64,000 nucleotides of DNA from Dehalococcoidia bacterium (GCA_965248065.1 OZ252088.1:1406368-1470367), one strand, 5' to 3'; counted from the stretch's first letter, positions 18,579 to 28,468 are shown. Notes: generated from the letters alone by a model not told the origin. Made by a program: numbers and translations.

Positions 18579-18965
18579 TCACCAGAGACGGCGGACGCCG
18601 TACCGGTCGAAGTGTGTCTCAGTCGAGACCAAGACGAGGTCGCGCGTCAGCGCCTGGGCGATGAGCATACGGTCGAACGGGTCGCGGAGCGGGCCGGGCA
18701 GCCCGCCTGCACGGGCGCCCTCCGCTACGGTGACTGCCAGCTCCTCGAAGCCCTGGCGGGCGATGGCCCCGGTCATGTCGAGCGCGGCCTCTTCCGCTTC
18801 AGGGAGCTTACCGATGCGGTGTTTAGTGGCAATCTCCCAAGCCGACGCTGCGCTAATCAGTTTGTCGTTCTCTTCGTCCGCGATTGCGCCGCGGGCAGCA
18901 CTCGAGAGTTGACCGCTTCCGGCAAGCCACCAGACAAACGCGTGGGTGTCGAGCAGAAGCCGCAA
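18579..18965 (-). CDS. vapC: PIN-domain toxin (VapC family)
   Basis: MRLLLDTHAFVWW..., conserved acidic residues, DPFDRMLIAQA C-terminal motif. Lies directly downstream of the antitoxin gene. Confidence 0.85.
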   Translation of the reverse strand: MRLLLDTHAFVWWLAGSGQLSSAARGAIADEENDKLISAASAWEIATKHRIGKLPEAEEAALDMTGAIARQGFEELAVTVAEGARAGGLPGPLRDPFDRMLIAQALTRDLVLVSTETHFDRYGVRRLW

Positions 18966-18968
18966 CGA

Positions 18969-19205
18969 CTAACCGCCCTCCCAGAGGCGCAGCTCCTCTT
19001 CAGGGAGCGGGTCGAAGAAGAAGCTGTCGGGGATAGCAAGCAACTCCGGGTGGGAGCCGAATTGCGGTTTCCTCTGCGGCTGGCAGCTGACCAGCCGGGC
19101 GACGGGCTTACCGTTGCGGGCGATGATGACTTCCCCGCCCGCCTCCACCTGCGCAAGCAGCCGCGATAACTGGGACTTCGCCTCGTGGACATTCACGGTT
19201 GTCAT
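18969..19205 (-). CDS. Phd/YefM-type antitoxin
   Basis: MTTVNVHEAKSQLSRLLAQVEAGGEVIIARNGKPVARLV is a typical Phd/YefM N-terminal domain. 3-nt gap to vapC. Confidence 0.8.
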   Translation of the reverse strand: MTTVNVHEAKSQLSRLLAQVEAGGEVIIARNGKPVARLVSCQPQRKPQFGSHPELLAIPDSFFFDPLPEEELRLWEGG

Positions 19206-19278
19206 AGGGATTCACCGGAGCTTGATTAGCTAAGCGTATGACTAAGAGTGGCGCTGGGTCAAGCGTAGGCACACCCGC

Positions 19279-19527
19279 CGCCCCCGTCCAGCGGCGCGCG
19301 CGGGCACGCTCCTGGGCCGGCGACGCTTGGTACCCGTCCGTTCGCAGCGCGTTCCGCTTCAGCTCCCGAGCCACGGTCGATGCCGCGCGATCCAGAGTTG
19401 TAGCGACTTGCCGGACCGAGGAGCCCTTGGCACGTAAGCGGGCAATCTCACACCGTTCCTCAATGCAGAGCTGTCTGTATTCCATGGCAACACCCTAATC
19501 TGGTGTTGCACTTCGTTTGTGGATTCA
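19279..19527 (-). mobile_element. truncated IS30-family element (left end plus first ~70 codons of the transposase)
   Basis: Near-identical to 50973-51220 of the intact copy (MEYRQLCIEERCEIARLRAKGSSVRQVAT.LDRAASTVARELKRNALRTDGYQASPAQERARARRWTGA). Homology stops near 19279. Confidence 0.75.
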
Positions 19528-19681
19528 GGGAACCTCGCAGCGGCGCGGTAGCGACGCGATCCCTCCCCCGCCCCCCTCCGCTCCGGTCCCCTCGCCCGTC
19601 TGCTCCGGCCTCCTCTCCCGTCTGCGGGAGAGAGTTAGAGAGAGGGTCTGCGGGAGAGGGCTAGGGAGAGGGTCTGCGACA

Positions 19682-21105
19682 GTAACTGTTCAGAGTTGAG
19701 GTGAGAGGAGCAGTTGGCGGCAGGCGGCGAGGGGATTCAGGCCTTGGGCCCGCCAAGCGCCGAAGAGCGAACTCAAGGTCATCTTGGTGTCGGTCCCTTG
19801 CGCTGATCGCGTGCCCCCGCTGACCTTGCGGCTGACGACCATGTGGCGCAGGCTGCGCTCGGCGGCGTTGTTGTCCGGCGGCGCCTCCGGTTCCCCCACA
19901 AAGACGAAGAGTTCCTCGAGGTGGCGCTCGATGCGCCGGCACAGCTTGGCCTGGGCTGCCGAGCGGTCATCCAGGAAGGGACGGCAGACGGCCAGCAGGC
20001 GCTGTTCCAAGGCCCGTTGTGCGGCGCGCCGCTGCTTTTCCTTGGGATGGGTGAAGGCTTTGGCCTCGGCGTAGAGCCCGTGGACGGCCCCGGCCCACTG
20101 GGCCAGCCGGCCATCATCGGGGTAGAGACACCGCAGGTCGCGGATGTCCCGCAGCAGGTGGGCCCAGCACCGCTGTTTGGGGCCGTCGTAATGGTGGTAG
20201 GCGGCGTAGAAATCGCAGACCAGCACCCCGCGAACCCGTCGCCCAGGACTTCATCCACCACCGGCTTCCCTCGGCCACGCCGCAGGAAGTAGCGCTCGGT
20301 GGGCGTGCTGAACGTCCACACATAGCCGTTGGCGCCGTCCTCCCGCCAGCCGGTCTCATCGGCGTGGACCACGGGGCTGCCGCGGATGCGCTCCAAGATG
20401 CCCGACACCGCGGGCCGGGCCTTTTGCGCCATGCGATGGATGGCTGCGGCGATGGCGCCCACGCTGAGGCGCAACTGATGGACGGTGCGCAGACACCATT
20501 GGATGCTGCGGATGGGCAGCCTCCCCTCCTCCCGCAGGGTGGCGATCAGGCTGACCAGGTTGATCCCCAGACGCTGCTTCCCCAAGGCCGTCCCGTCCAG
20601 TTCCGCTTGGGGAAGGCAGTTGCCGCCGGCAGAGGGGGCAAACCCGGGCGATGAAGACGTGCTCGGTGACTTGCGTGGGAACCCGGGGCAGGTCGATGAC
20701 CTCCCGGGTGCGATGGGTCCAGCCGCCGGACAACGGGGTCCCGCAATCGGGGCAGCTCTCCACCGCGTGCTCCACCCGGTGGGTGGGGGCCATCCGTCGA
20801 CGGGAGAAGCCATGGGGCCGGGGCTGCTTCGGGGCCGGGGACTTCGGGCTGGACCGGGGCTTGAGGCCGGGCATCCCCGATGGACCGCCCAGTTTGGCTT
20901 TGTCCTCCAACTGGATGATGCGCCGTTCCAAGCGGCCAATGACCGTCTGCTGCTGGACGATGATGGCGATGAGCTCGTCGCGGCTGGCGGCGTCGAAGTC
21001 GATGCGGGCGTCCATGCCACCTTTATGACCCAACTGCCCCGGTCAGCGCTAGCCCCTAGGGAAACCACTTTCAGCCAATCCACCTCATCAACTCTGAACA
21101 GTTAC
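19682..21105 (-). mobile_element. IS66-family (single-ORF type) insertion sequence
   Basis: Inverted ends GTAACTGTTCAGAGTTGA (19682-19699) and TCAACTCTGAACAGTTAC (21088-21105). GTAA termini are typical of IS66. No matching target-site duplication is visible (CTGCGACA versus CCCCCGCT). Confidence 0.8.
19690..21033 (-). pseudogene. IS66-family transposase interrupted by two frameshifts
   Basis: The N-terminal part with zinc finger CPDCG is in the frame of ORF 20356..21033. The middle part (LPIRSIQWCL...VVHADETGWRE...YVWTF) is in the frame of 19779..21083. The C-terminal part (VCDFYAAYHHY...QRCWAHLLRD...NNAAERSLR) is in the frame of 19690..20226. Confidence 0.75.
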
Positions 21106-21343
21106 CCCCCGCTCCGTGCTATTGACTATCCCCGCATGTTAGGTAACAGTAGCAGCGCTTAGGGTGCTTCGGCACATTCCGCTACTGCGCCCCTGTGGCG
21201 CGGGCGGTGCTCTGCTTGGGTTCCGCGCGGGTTGGCTGGAGGGGTACACGACTGATTTCGTGTGCCCCCTGCACAGTCAACTCGTTGGTTCCGGAGCGCC
21301 CTAAGCAAGCATTCGGCCGCGTATCTGCTACAGGGGGTTCCTC

Positions 21344-21823
21344 ATGTCAGAGACTAAACGACAGTTGCAAATGACGAAAGCACTGATACTTCTATCAGTA
21401 TTGGTGCTGCTTACGGGTATTGTTGGGTGCAACCAGTCCTTTGGATCCGGGGGTTCGCCATCTAAATCCGCTGTGTTTAATGGGAAAGGCCCGGGAACAC
21501 AGATCGTGGATTTGCCTGAGGGCGAATACTTTGTAGAGATAAAGGTATCCGGCAACAAGGAGTGCATTGATAGCGCACTAGGCCCAATCTGCGAGGACAG
21601 ATTGTTCGCCGTTTCTGTGGATGGACAACAATTAGTCGACCGTTCTACCCAAGCCTGGGCAGGCGTTGTGGCATTGGAGGTCGGCAAGTTCGGTCACATT
21701 CCAGCTAGGTTTCCTTTGGTAGTGAACTCAGCACCATCCGGTTCATGGGAGTTGAAATTTACTCCTAAGTCAATCCCGACTCCTACCCCTATCCAAGATA
21801 ATTCGATAGAGGGGATATTGTGA
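21344..21823 (+). CDS. hypothetical lipoprotein (low-GC islet)
   Basis: Signal peptide plus lipobox LLTGIVGC. No recognisable family. Local G+C is clearly below its surroundings. Confidence 0.55.
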   Translation: MSETKRQLQMTKALILLSVLVLLTGIVGCNQSFGSGGSPSKSAVFNGKGPGTQIVDLPEGEYFVEIKVSGNKECIDSALGPICEDRLFAVSVDGQQLVDRSTQAWAGVVALEVGKFGHIPARFPLVVNSAPSGSWELKFTPKSIPTPTPIQDNSIEGIL

Positions 21824-22074
21824 GGGTGCCTTACTGGATTCCCATCGTTCTAGCTGGCTTGATGGTCGAAAGATATTTTGACCTGTTTCTAGAACAACTG
21901 ATGATTGAGGCTGTCCGTACGGCTTTGCGGAATGGCTGGTATGACTGGAGGCTGGATGTTCTGGAGTTCGTAGCAGCGCAGCTTAATCCCGATGGTCTAC
22001 TTTGGACAGCTCTACTCCTAGCTCTGAGCCTGTCGGGACTCGGTGGCTCCTTATCCAAACGAAGGCGATGGTAG
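21820..22074 (+). CDS. hypothetical small membrane protein
   Basis: GTG start overlaps the upstream stop by 4 nt. Two hydrophobic segments. No recognisable family. Confidence 0.4.
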   Translation: MRVPYWIPIVLAGLMVERYFDLFLEQLMIEAVRTALRNGWYDWRLDVLEFVAAQLNPDGLLWTALLLALSLSGLGGSLSKRRRW

Positions 22075-22178
22075 ACGTATACATGAAGGTCGACCAGTCC
22101 GCGACGCCTGGGGCGCGCCCGACGTACAAGCCCTGATGTCGGTCCGCTAGGCGTAGCCGTGGGTGAGGCCTGCGCTCC

Positions 22179-22628
22179 CTAGACCGGATGCGGGAGCCTT
22201 GAGGCGGCAGTGACCTCGATGACGAGGCTTTGCCCGATGGCTTGGAGCGCCTTCTCGACCTGACTGATGTGGGAGCGGTGGTCCGGGTTGGTCAGCTTCC
22301 GTACGGCCGACTCGCTGATGCCCAACCTGTTGGCAAGCTCCACCTTGGTGACGCCCTGGCCGCGCATTGCCGAGTAGAGCGCGAGCTTGGCGGCGACCAC
22401 GGTCGGCACGGCGACGAGCTCCTGTCCGTCGGCCGTCTCGCCGGGCACGGGAATATCCCACTTTTCGTGAACGTAGCCGGCCAAGGCCGTGGACAGCGCG
22501 TCTTCCGCCATCGCCAGAGCTTCGGAACGGTTGCGTCCGCCGGTGATTGCTTCCTGCACGTCGGGAAAGGCGGCCACTAGCCCCCCGTCTTCGTCGGGGG
22601 TAAGCTCGCACGGGTATGCGTAGATCAT
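22179..22628 (-). CDS. hicB: HicB-family antitoxin with C-terminal HTH
   Basis: N-terminal HicB fold signature YPCELTPDEDGGLVAAFPDV.EAITGG.N..EAL. C-terminal Xre-like VTKVELANRLGISESAVRKL. Confidence 0.85.
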   Translation of the reverse strand: MIYAYPCELTPDEDGGLVAAFPDVQEAITGGRNRSEALAMAEDALSTALAGYVHEKWDIPVPGETADGQELVAVPTVVAAKLALYSAMRGQGVTKVELANRLGISESAVRKLTNPDHRSHISQVEKALQAIGQSLVIEVTAASRLPHPV

Positions 22629-22631
22629 GAT

Positions 22632-22838
22632 TCAGAACTCCCTTCGGTCGATGTCCAGTTGACGCAGCATCGCGGCCAGTATGCCCCTCGACAACTCGCC
22701 CTGCTGCACGGTGGCGAATCGGGAGCCGAGGTAGAGCCGTCCGTGACTGCCCTTGCCGTGAGCCGGGTCGAAGCGGACCGCTTGTCCGGTCTTGCGGGCG
22801 TAGCTCCTGGCCCGCCTGATGAACTCACGACTGTTCAC
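22632..22838 (-). CDS. hicA: HicA mRNA-interferase toxin
   Basis: 68 aa with the GKGSHGRLYLG motif. GTG start. 3-nt gap to hicB. Confidence 0.85.
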   Translation of the reverse strand: MNSREFIRRARSYARKTGQAVRFDPAHGKGSHGRLYLGSRFATVQQGELSRGILAAMLRQLDIDRREF

Positions 22839-22848
22839 ACCCCTATTA

Positions 22849-22866
22849 TCGCACCTATCGGTGCGA
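22849..22866. promoter_or_regulatory. perfect 7-bp inverted repeat (candidate HicB operator) overlapping a GATAAT -10 on the minus strand
   Basis: TCGCACC-tatc-GGTGCGA lies 11 nt upstream of the hicA GTG. The reverse-strand GATAAT is at 22845-22850. Confidence 0.4.
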
Positions 22867-23105
22867 CTTATAAGCTAGTTGCCGTCCGCCAAAGGCGTAG
22901 GCTTTTATTGCATGTTCGGCCTAGCGGGTGCGCAGTCCCCCAAGTCCCCGCCTGTGACATGCAGAGGTTCCCGTTGGAGGCGAGACTTCCCGCCTTCAAG
23001 GGACGGCGAAGGGTTGGCGTTCCCGCTCCACGCCTTTGACCCGCACTGGCGCGAGCGGTTAGGGTTAGTCCTCAGACACGGTGCTGGGTCGGCGGCTCGG
23101 CGCTC

Positions 23106-24131
23106 ATGGAGGCCCACGTGAAGATAGACATCTTCAACCACATCCTGCCCAAGCCCTATTACGACAAGATGACCAGCATGAGCGAGGACGGCGCGTACAT
23201 GATGAAGCGCGTCTCCGCCATCCCGATGCTGTATGACGTCGACGCTCGTTTCGAGAAGATTGACCAGTTTGGCGAGGACTACAAGCAGGTGTTCTCGCTG
23301 AACCTTCCGCCGGTCGAAGTGGTCGCCGGCCCAGAGGACAGCCCTGAACTGGCCCAGATTGCTAACGACGGAATGGCGGAGGTTGCGAATAAGCACCCCG
23401 ACCGCTTCCCTGGCTTCGTCGCCGCGCTGCCGCTCAACAACGTCCAGGCGTCGCTCGATGAGATCGATAGGGCGGTCGGCAAGCTGGGGGCGAAGGGCGT
23501 GCAGATATTCACGAACGTGAACGGGCGGCCTCTCGACGACGAGGAGCTGATGCCCATCTTCGACAAGATGGCGGACTACGACCTGCCCATCTGGCTGCAC
23601 CCGACGCGCGCGGCCGATTTCCCTGACTACGTAACGGAGGACCGCTCCTGGTACGACATGTGGTGGGCGTTCGGCTGGCCCTACGAGACGAGCGTCGCGA
23701 TGGGCCGGATCGTGATGTCGGGGATGCTGGACAGGCGTCCCGACCTCAAGATCATCACGCACCACTTGGGAGGGCTGGTTCCGTTCTTTGAGGGGCGCGT
23801 TGGCCCCGGCCTCGACCAGCTTGGGCGGCGGAGCAACGACCCCCACGAGATCGGGACCCTGGCGCGGCTGGAGAAGCGGCCCTACGACTACTTCCGCATG
23901 TTCTACGCGGACACCGCCACGTTTGGCTCGGTGCCTGCGACCGAGTGCGGCCTCGCGTTCTTCGGCGCGGACCACGTGCTGTTCGCTTCCGACGCGCCGT
24001 TCGACCCGGAAAAGGGCTCCGGCTACATCCGGTCGACCCTCGCGGCCATGGAGGGCATCACCGCCTCCATCGAGGACAAGCAGAAGATCTTCGAGGGCAA
24101 CGCCCGCCGCCTGCTCAAGCTGGACGAGTAG
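23106..24131 (+). CDS. amidohydrolase-2 family protein (ACMSD/decarboxylase-like)
   Basis: N-terminal KIDIFNHILP metal motif, ...ITHHLGG..., C-terminal FASDAPFD. Confidence 0.85.
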   Translation: MEAHVKIDIFNHILPKPYYDKMTSMSEDGAYMMKRVSAIPMLYDVDARFEKIDQFGEDYKQVFSLNLPPVEVVAGPEDSPELAQIANDGMAEVANKHPDRFPGFVAALPLNNVQASLDEIDRAVGKLGAKGVQIFTNVNGRPLDDEELMPIFDKMADYDLPIWLHPTRAADFPDYVTEDRSWYDMWWAFGWPYETSVAMGRIVMSGMLDRRPDLKIITHHLGGLVPFFEGRVGPGLDQLGRRSNDPHEIGTLARLEKRPYDYFRMFYADTATFGSVPATECGLAFFGADHVLFASDAPFDPEKGSGYIRSTLAAMEGITASIEDKQKIFEGNARRLLKLDE

Positions 24132-24136
24132 GGCGC

Positions 24137-24562
24137 GTGTGGCTGCCCAAGGAAGAGCGGCACTTCGCCGCCACGCTCCTGATTGCCGCAGTAGGCGGTA
24201 TCGTGGGAGCGATTGGACTGTTGTCTTTGCTCTCGCCATGGACAGCGACGGAGGCCGCGCTATTGACCGCGCTGACAGTGCTGCTGTCCTGGTGGGTCTG
24301 TAAGCGACGAGGCACCGTACAGTACACCGACGAATCGCGCGCCGGTGAGTTGCCATCCACTATCCTGCTGGCGGTTGTGGGGGGTCCGCTTGCAGTGATT
24401 AGCGTAGGCCTGCTGCGGGCAGCAGTGGCTGGCGTCTCCAGCGATAGCGACCTCGGGCGTGGTTTGGGCTTTCTCGCCTTGTTCCTTGGAACAGGTCTTG
24501 CTGCGCCTAGCGTGTTGCTTTTCTACTGTGCCTGGAGGCGAAGGCCAACAAGGAAAAGGTGA
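24137..24562 (+). CDS. hypothetical membrane protein
   Basis: GTG start 6 nt after the upstream stop. Four hydrophobic segments. No family recognised. Could be a GC-rich artefact. Confidence 0.3.
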   Translation: MWLPKEERHFAATLLIAAVGGIVGAIGLLSLLSPWTATEAALLTALTVLLSWWVCKRRGTVQYTDESRAGELPSTILLAVVGGPLAVISVGLLRAAVAGVSSDSDLGRGLGFLALFLGTGLAAPSVLLFYCAWRRRPTRKR

Positions 24563-24702
24563 GACACGATACATCCGGCTGGAGCCCCTGCTCACGGCAG
24601 GCGTCAGCCCTCTGGATTCCCCCCTGGGGCGAAAGGGCACCCCTACACAGCGAAATCCCCCCCCCCCGCGTCTGGCCCCCCGCCTGCGCGGGAATGACGG
24701 AG

Positions 24703-25824
24703 CTACTCCAGCCCGTAGTACCTCGCCGGGTTGTCCGCGAGTATCTTCTCGATGATGCGCGGCTCGATGTCCTCGCGCTTGCGCATCAGGGCGACCATGC
24801 CGTTGTCCTTCGACTGGTCCTGGTGGCCGTAGTCCGAGCCCATGATGATGTTGTCCTCGCCGATGTAACCGATGAGGTAGGGGATGTCCTCATCGGTCTC
24901 GGCGGCGACGTAAAGGCGGTAGTCGCGGAAGAGGGCGGGGCCGAAGTCGAGTGAAGAGTCGGGGTTGGCCCGGCCGATGCTGCGCTCGGAGGTTCGGGTG
25001 GAGCGTCGGAGGTGGTGGACCACGTAGGGCACCCACGAGGCCGACGCTTCGATGAACCCGAAGCGCAGATTGGGGTAGCGCTCAGGAATCTTGTGGGCGA
25101 CGAGGTCGCGGAAGGCGAACAGGGGCAGCGAGCGCACGTGGGGCAGGTTGTGCGAGACGGTGCGGTCGAACACCTGCAGCATGCCGGGGGAGCCGCCGCC
25201 CGTGTGGACGCTGATCGCCATGTTGAGGCGGTTCGCCGTTTCGTAGACGGGATGGAAGTAAGACTCGGCCAGTGAGCGGTCGCCCTCGACGCCGCGGAAG
25301 AAGACGCCGACCGCGCCGTTCTCGCGGGCGAGCTCGATCTCCTTGACCGACTCCTCGATGTTGCGCAGCGGCGGCACGACGACCCAGCGCATCCGGTCGC
25401 CGGCCACGCGCCAGGCGTTGGCCATGTAGCGGTTGTAGCTGCGGCAGATGGCGACCTCGAGGTCGACGTCGTCGGTGATATAGGCGAGGAGGACGGTGGG
25501 AAAGACGACCTCGGCGTCCACGCCGCGCTTGTCCATGTCCTCGACGCGGGCCTTGGGGTCGGTGATGTAGCGCACCTCGGCGCGGATGTCGGAGCGGTTG
25601 TTCTCCGACTCGGAGCCGCCCACAGCGACGGCATAGCTGCCCTTGCCGTGCCGCTTGGGAACGGCGTTGCCGTTGATCATCCAAACGAAGTCGTGTCTTC
25701 CTCCCTCTTCAGGCGGCGCGACCGACGCCAGAAGCGGTCTGCGGTCGTACATGTCCTTGTCGAAGTGCTCCCAGACGCCTGGGTGCTCGATAATGTGGGT
25801 GTCCGCGTCGATGATGCCGGGCAT
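24703..25824 (-). CDS. amidohydrolase-2 family protein
   Basis: Start trimmed to the ATG at 25824 (MPGIIDADTHIIEH), which has a GGGGGAGGAAC RBS. C-terminal MGSDYGHQD. Confidence 0.85.
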   Translation of the reverse strand: MPGIIDADTHIIEHPGVWEHFDKDMYDRRPLLASVAPPEEGGRHDFVWMINGNAVPKRHGKGSYAVAVGGSESENNRSDIRAEVRYITDPKARVEDMDKRGVDAEVVFPTVLLAYITDDVDLEVAICRSYNRYMANAWRVAGDRMRWVVVPPLRNIEESVKEIELARENGAVGVFFRGVEGDRSLAESYFHPVYETANRLNMAISVHTGGGSPGMLQVFDRTVSHNLPHVRSLPLFAFRDLVAHKIPERYPNLRFGFIEASASWVPYVVHHLRRSTRTSERSIGRANPDSSLDFGPALFRDYRLYVAAETDEDIPYLIGYIGEDNIIMGSDYGHQDQSKDNGMVALMRKREDIEPRIIEKILADNPARYYGLE

Positions 25825-25981
25825 GGCTTGTTCCTCCCCCTGCGAATGAGCTGAAGGTCGTTTGAGGCGAGTATACCCGCGCCGCAGCCGAGCGCCCAAC
25901 AATTGCCTACCGGAGAAGGACTGCGCGGCGCTATACTCTCCCGCGCTTGGCGAGTTAGGGCAACCGGAGCGTTCTAGAGAG

Positions 25982-27100
25982 ATGGCAAGTACGAAATTCC
26001 GCGACCAGGCAGAGCGACTTCTCGCTTCCGCCGGGGTTGAGATCAACGGCAAAGAGCCCTGGGATATCCAGGTGCATGACGAACGCTTCTACGCCCGGGT
26101 GTTCGCGGAGGGGACCCTGGGCTTCGGCGAGTCGTACATGGACGGGTGGTGGGACGCGAAGCGGCTCGACGAGACGATGACGCGCATCCTCGGCGCCGGG
26201 ATTCAGCACCGCCTTCCTCGGCGTCTCAGCACGCTCAAGCTGGCGGCGGCCGCCAAGTGGACGAACCGTCAGAACAAGAAACGGGTCTGGGACGTTAGCA
26301 ATCAGCACTACAACCTAGGCAATGACCTGTTCGCCGCCACGTTCGATTCGAGGCTGACGGGCAGCTGCGGGTATTGGAAAGACGCGGTGGACCTGGATGC
26401 GGCGCAGGATGCGAAGCTCGATCTGGTCTGCCGGAAGATTGGCTTGCAAGCCGGCCAGCGCGTGTTCGACATCGGGTGTGGGTGGGGCGCGTTCATGGGC
26501 TTCGCGGCGGAGCGGTACGGCGCCAAATGCACCGGCGTAACAATCTCCCGCGAGCAGGTGAAGTACATCGGCGAGCGGTACGCGGCCTTGCCCATCGAGG
26601 CGCGGCTTATGGACTACCGGGACGCGACGGGTGCGTACGATCACGTCGTTTCCATGGGGATGTTCGAGCACGTGGGGCCCAAGAACTATCGAGCATACTT
26701 CGAGAAGGCCGAGCAGTTGCTCGGCGATGGGCTTTTCCTGCTGCACACCATCGGGTCGAACCGATCGGCGGACGCCACCGACCCCTGGATAGATAAGTAC
26801 ATCTTCGTCAACGGCGTGCTGCCGTCCATATCGCAGATAGGCAAGGCCATCGAGGGGCTTTTCGTGGTGGAGGACTGGCATAACTTCGGGCCCGATTACG
26901 ACAAGACGCTCGTCGCCTGGTACGAGAAGTTCCACAGCAACTGGGACTCGCTCAAGGACGCCTACGACGAGCGCTTCTACCGGATGTGGAAGTTCTATCT
27001 GCTGGCCTGCGCCGGAGGCTTCCGTTCCCGCAACATCCAGCTTTGGCAAATCGTGCTGTCGAAGCGAGGAGTCCCCGGCGGATACGCGACCGTCCGGTAG
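25982..27100 (+). CDS. cyclopropane-fatty-acyl-phospholipid synthase family SAM-dependent methyltransferase
   Basis: Start trimmed to MASTKF at 25982. GESYMDGWWD, SAM motif VFDIGCGWGAF, C-terminal FYLLACAGGFR. TATACT at 25932-25937 is a possible -10. Confidence 0.85.
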   Translation: MASTKFRDQAERLLASAGVEINGKEPWDIQVHDERFYARVFAEGTLGFGESYMDGWWDAKRLDETMTRILGAGIQHRLPRRLSTLKLAAAAKWTNRQNKKRVWDVSNQHYNLGNDLFAATFDSRLTGSCGYWKDAVDLDAAQDAKLDLVCRKIGLQAGQRVFDIGCGWGAFMGFAAERYGAKCTGVTISREQVKYIGERYAALPIEARLMDYRDATGAYDHVVSMGMFEHVGPKNYRAYFEKAEQLLGDGLFLLHTIGSNRSADATDPWIDKYIFVNGVLPSISQIGKAIEGLFVVEDWHNFGPDYDKTLVAWYEKFHSNWDSLKDAYDERFYRMWKFYLLACAGGFRSRNIQLWQIVLSKRGVPGGYATVR

Positions 27101-27181
27101 AGCGGTACGAGGCGCGCCACGTGTGGCAAGCAGGGTTCTACCGGCGCCTGCCACGTTCCCGAGCTAGGGCAGTCCGTATGT

Positions 27182-28468
27182 TCATGCCTGCTCGCTGCGG
27201 CGGGTCTCGTGATCGGGCTCCCGCCGCAGCGTCTCGCGCGCCAGCAATAGGAACAGCAGCCCGCACCCCATAACGATTCCGGCGAAGACGTACAGCGCGG
27301 TTTCGAGTCCCACCAGACTCGCGAGCAGACCGGTGCCCAACGGTCCGATGACCTGGCCGATGTTCATCGTGAGGTGATAGACGCCTAGAAAGACGCCGCG
27401 GCGGTCCCTCGGGGCTAAGTCCATCGCGTATGTTTGGATGGCGTTGGAGTTCACCCCCTCGGCCAGTCCGAATGCGGCGACTGCTGCGAGGGCTGTGAGG
27501 AAGCCGGCGACGCCCCCAAGCAGATAGGTGGAGGCGGCGGTCGCCGCCAAGCCGAGGATGGCCATTCGCTTTCGTCCGTAGCGGTCGATCAGGACTCCCG
27601 TAGGCAGGGCTAGCGCTATGGTAATCAGCGCTGTTATGCCCATGAGATTGCCGATCGCCGCGGGAGTAAGCGCGCCCGCCTCTTGTGCGTGGATGGGGAA
27701 GTAGGTGCGGAAGACGCCTGGGCCCACGCCGATCATCCCGAATGCCACCGTGGCGGCCACGAGGGCGGCGAACGCTCTGCTGCGGAACATGGCCAGCGCC
27801 GCGCCGCGCGGGGGCTCGGGCGCCGGATGTTCCTGCGCGGAAGGCTCCCGTCCTTTCCGGTCGGCCCGGCCGGGTCTTGTCTCGGGGATGAAGACGGGTT
27901 TTGTCTCGGGGATGAAGAATAGAGTGACGATGATTACCGGGACCTTCGTCAAAGCGATGAAGATGAACACCCATCGGAGCCCGAATGCAGTGGCGATGAG
28001 GCCTCCCACGACTGGCCCCGCCAGCATGCCCAGGCGCTGGGCGGTGTTCCTGAGCGCGACGCTGCGGCCCCGGTTGCCGACTGCCGTAACGTCGGCCACG
28101 AGCACTCCCGAGCTCACCGTCCAGAACGCGATGCCCAGGCCGGCTACGACTTCCAGGAGGGCGTATTGCAGGTAGCTCGTGCTGAAGAATTGCAGGACGA
28201 GGACCAACCCTTGCGTGATGGCTCCGGCGAAGATCATGGGCCGTCTGCCCCATCGGTCAGCGAGAAGCCCCGTTATCGGCCCCGACACCATGCGCGGGGC
28301 TGCGCTCAGCGAGGAGATGAGGCCCACGTAGACGAGGGATACGCCGAAGGAGGCGGCGAACAGCGGGCGCGTGACCCAGAGGGCCCCGGTGCCGAACCCC
28401 CAGCTGAAGAAGATGACGACGATCGGTATGGCGAGCCGGGCGATGTCCGGGGAGCGCGTCTGAGCCAT
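27182..28468 (-). CDS. MFS transporter
   Basis: 12 hydrophobic segments. Motif A-like GLLADRWGRRPM and VLIDRYGRKRM. The central loop carries a 24-bp in-frame tandem duplication. Confidence 0.85.
   Translation of the reverse strand: MAQTRSPDIARLAIPIVVIFFSWGFGTGALWVTRPLFAASFGVSLVYVGLISSLSAAPRMVSGPITGLLADRWGRRPMIFAGAITQGLVLVLQFFSTSYLQYALLEVVAGLGIAFWTVSSGVLVADVTAVGNRGRSVALRNTAQRLGMLAGPVVGGLIATAFGLRWVFIFIALTKVPVIIVTLFFIPETKPVFIPETRPGRADRKGREPSAQEHPAPEPPRGAALAMFRSRAFAALVAATVAFGMIGVGPGVFRTYFPIHAQEAGALTPAAIGNLMGITALITIALALPTGVLIDRYGRKRMAILGLAATAASTYLLGGVAGFLTALAAVAAFGLAEGVNSNAIQTYAMDLAPRDRRGVFLGVYHLTMNIGQVIGPLGTGLLASLVGLETALYVFAGIVMGCGLLFLLLARETLRREPDHETRRSEQA

Noticed and set aside
14024-21105. The frameshifts in the SulP and IS66 transposase genes could reflect general sequencing error.
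   Set aside because: This is not adopted as the main reading, because about 60 other genes in the window, including long ones, are intact. It cannot be excluded without reads, so it is flagged in the findings.
22905-24356. 483-aa ORF antisense to the amidohydrolase gene. Similar long antisense or out-of-frame ORFs occur at 42674..43771, 43029..45131, 62315..63979, 55638..57062, 57530..58924 and elsewhere.
   Set aside because: They have Arg/Pro/Gly/Ala-rich low-complexity translations with no motifs, opposite or overlapping genes that have clear family signatures. Such ORFs are the typical stop-codon-poor artefact of high-GC DNA.
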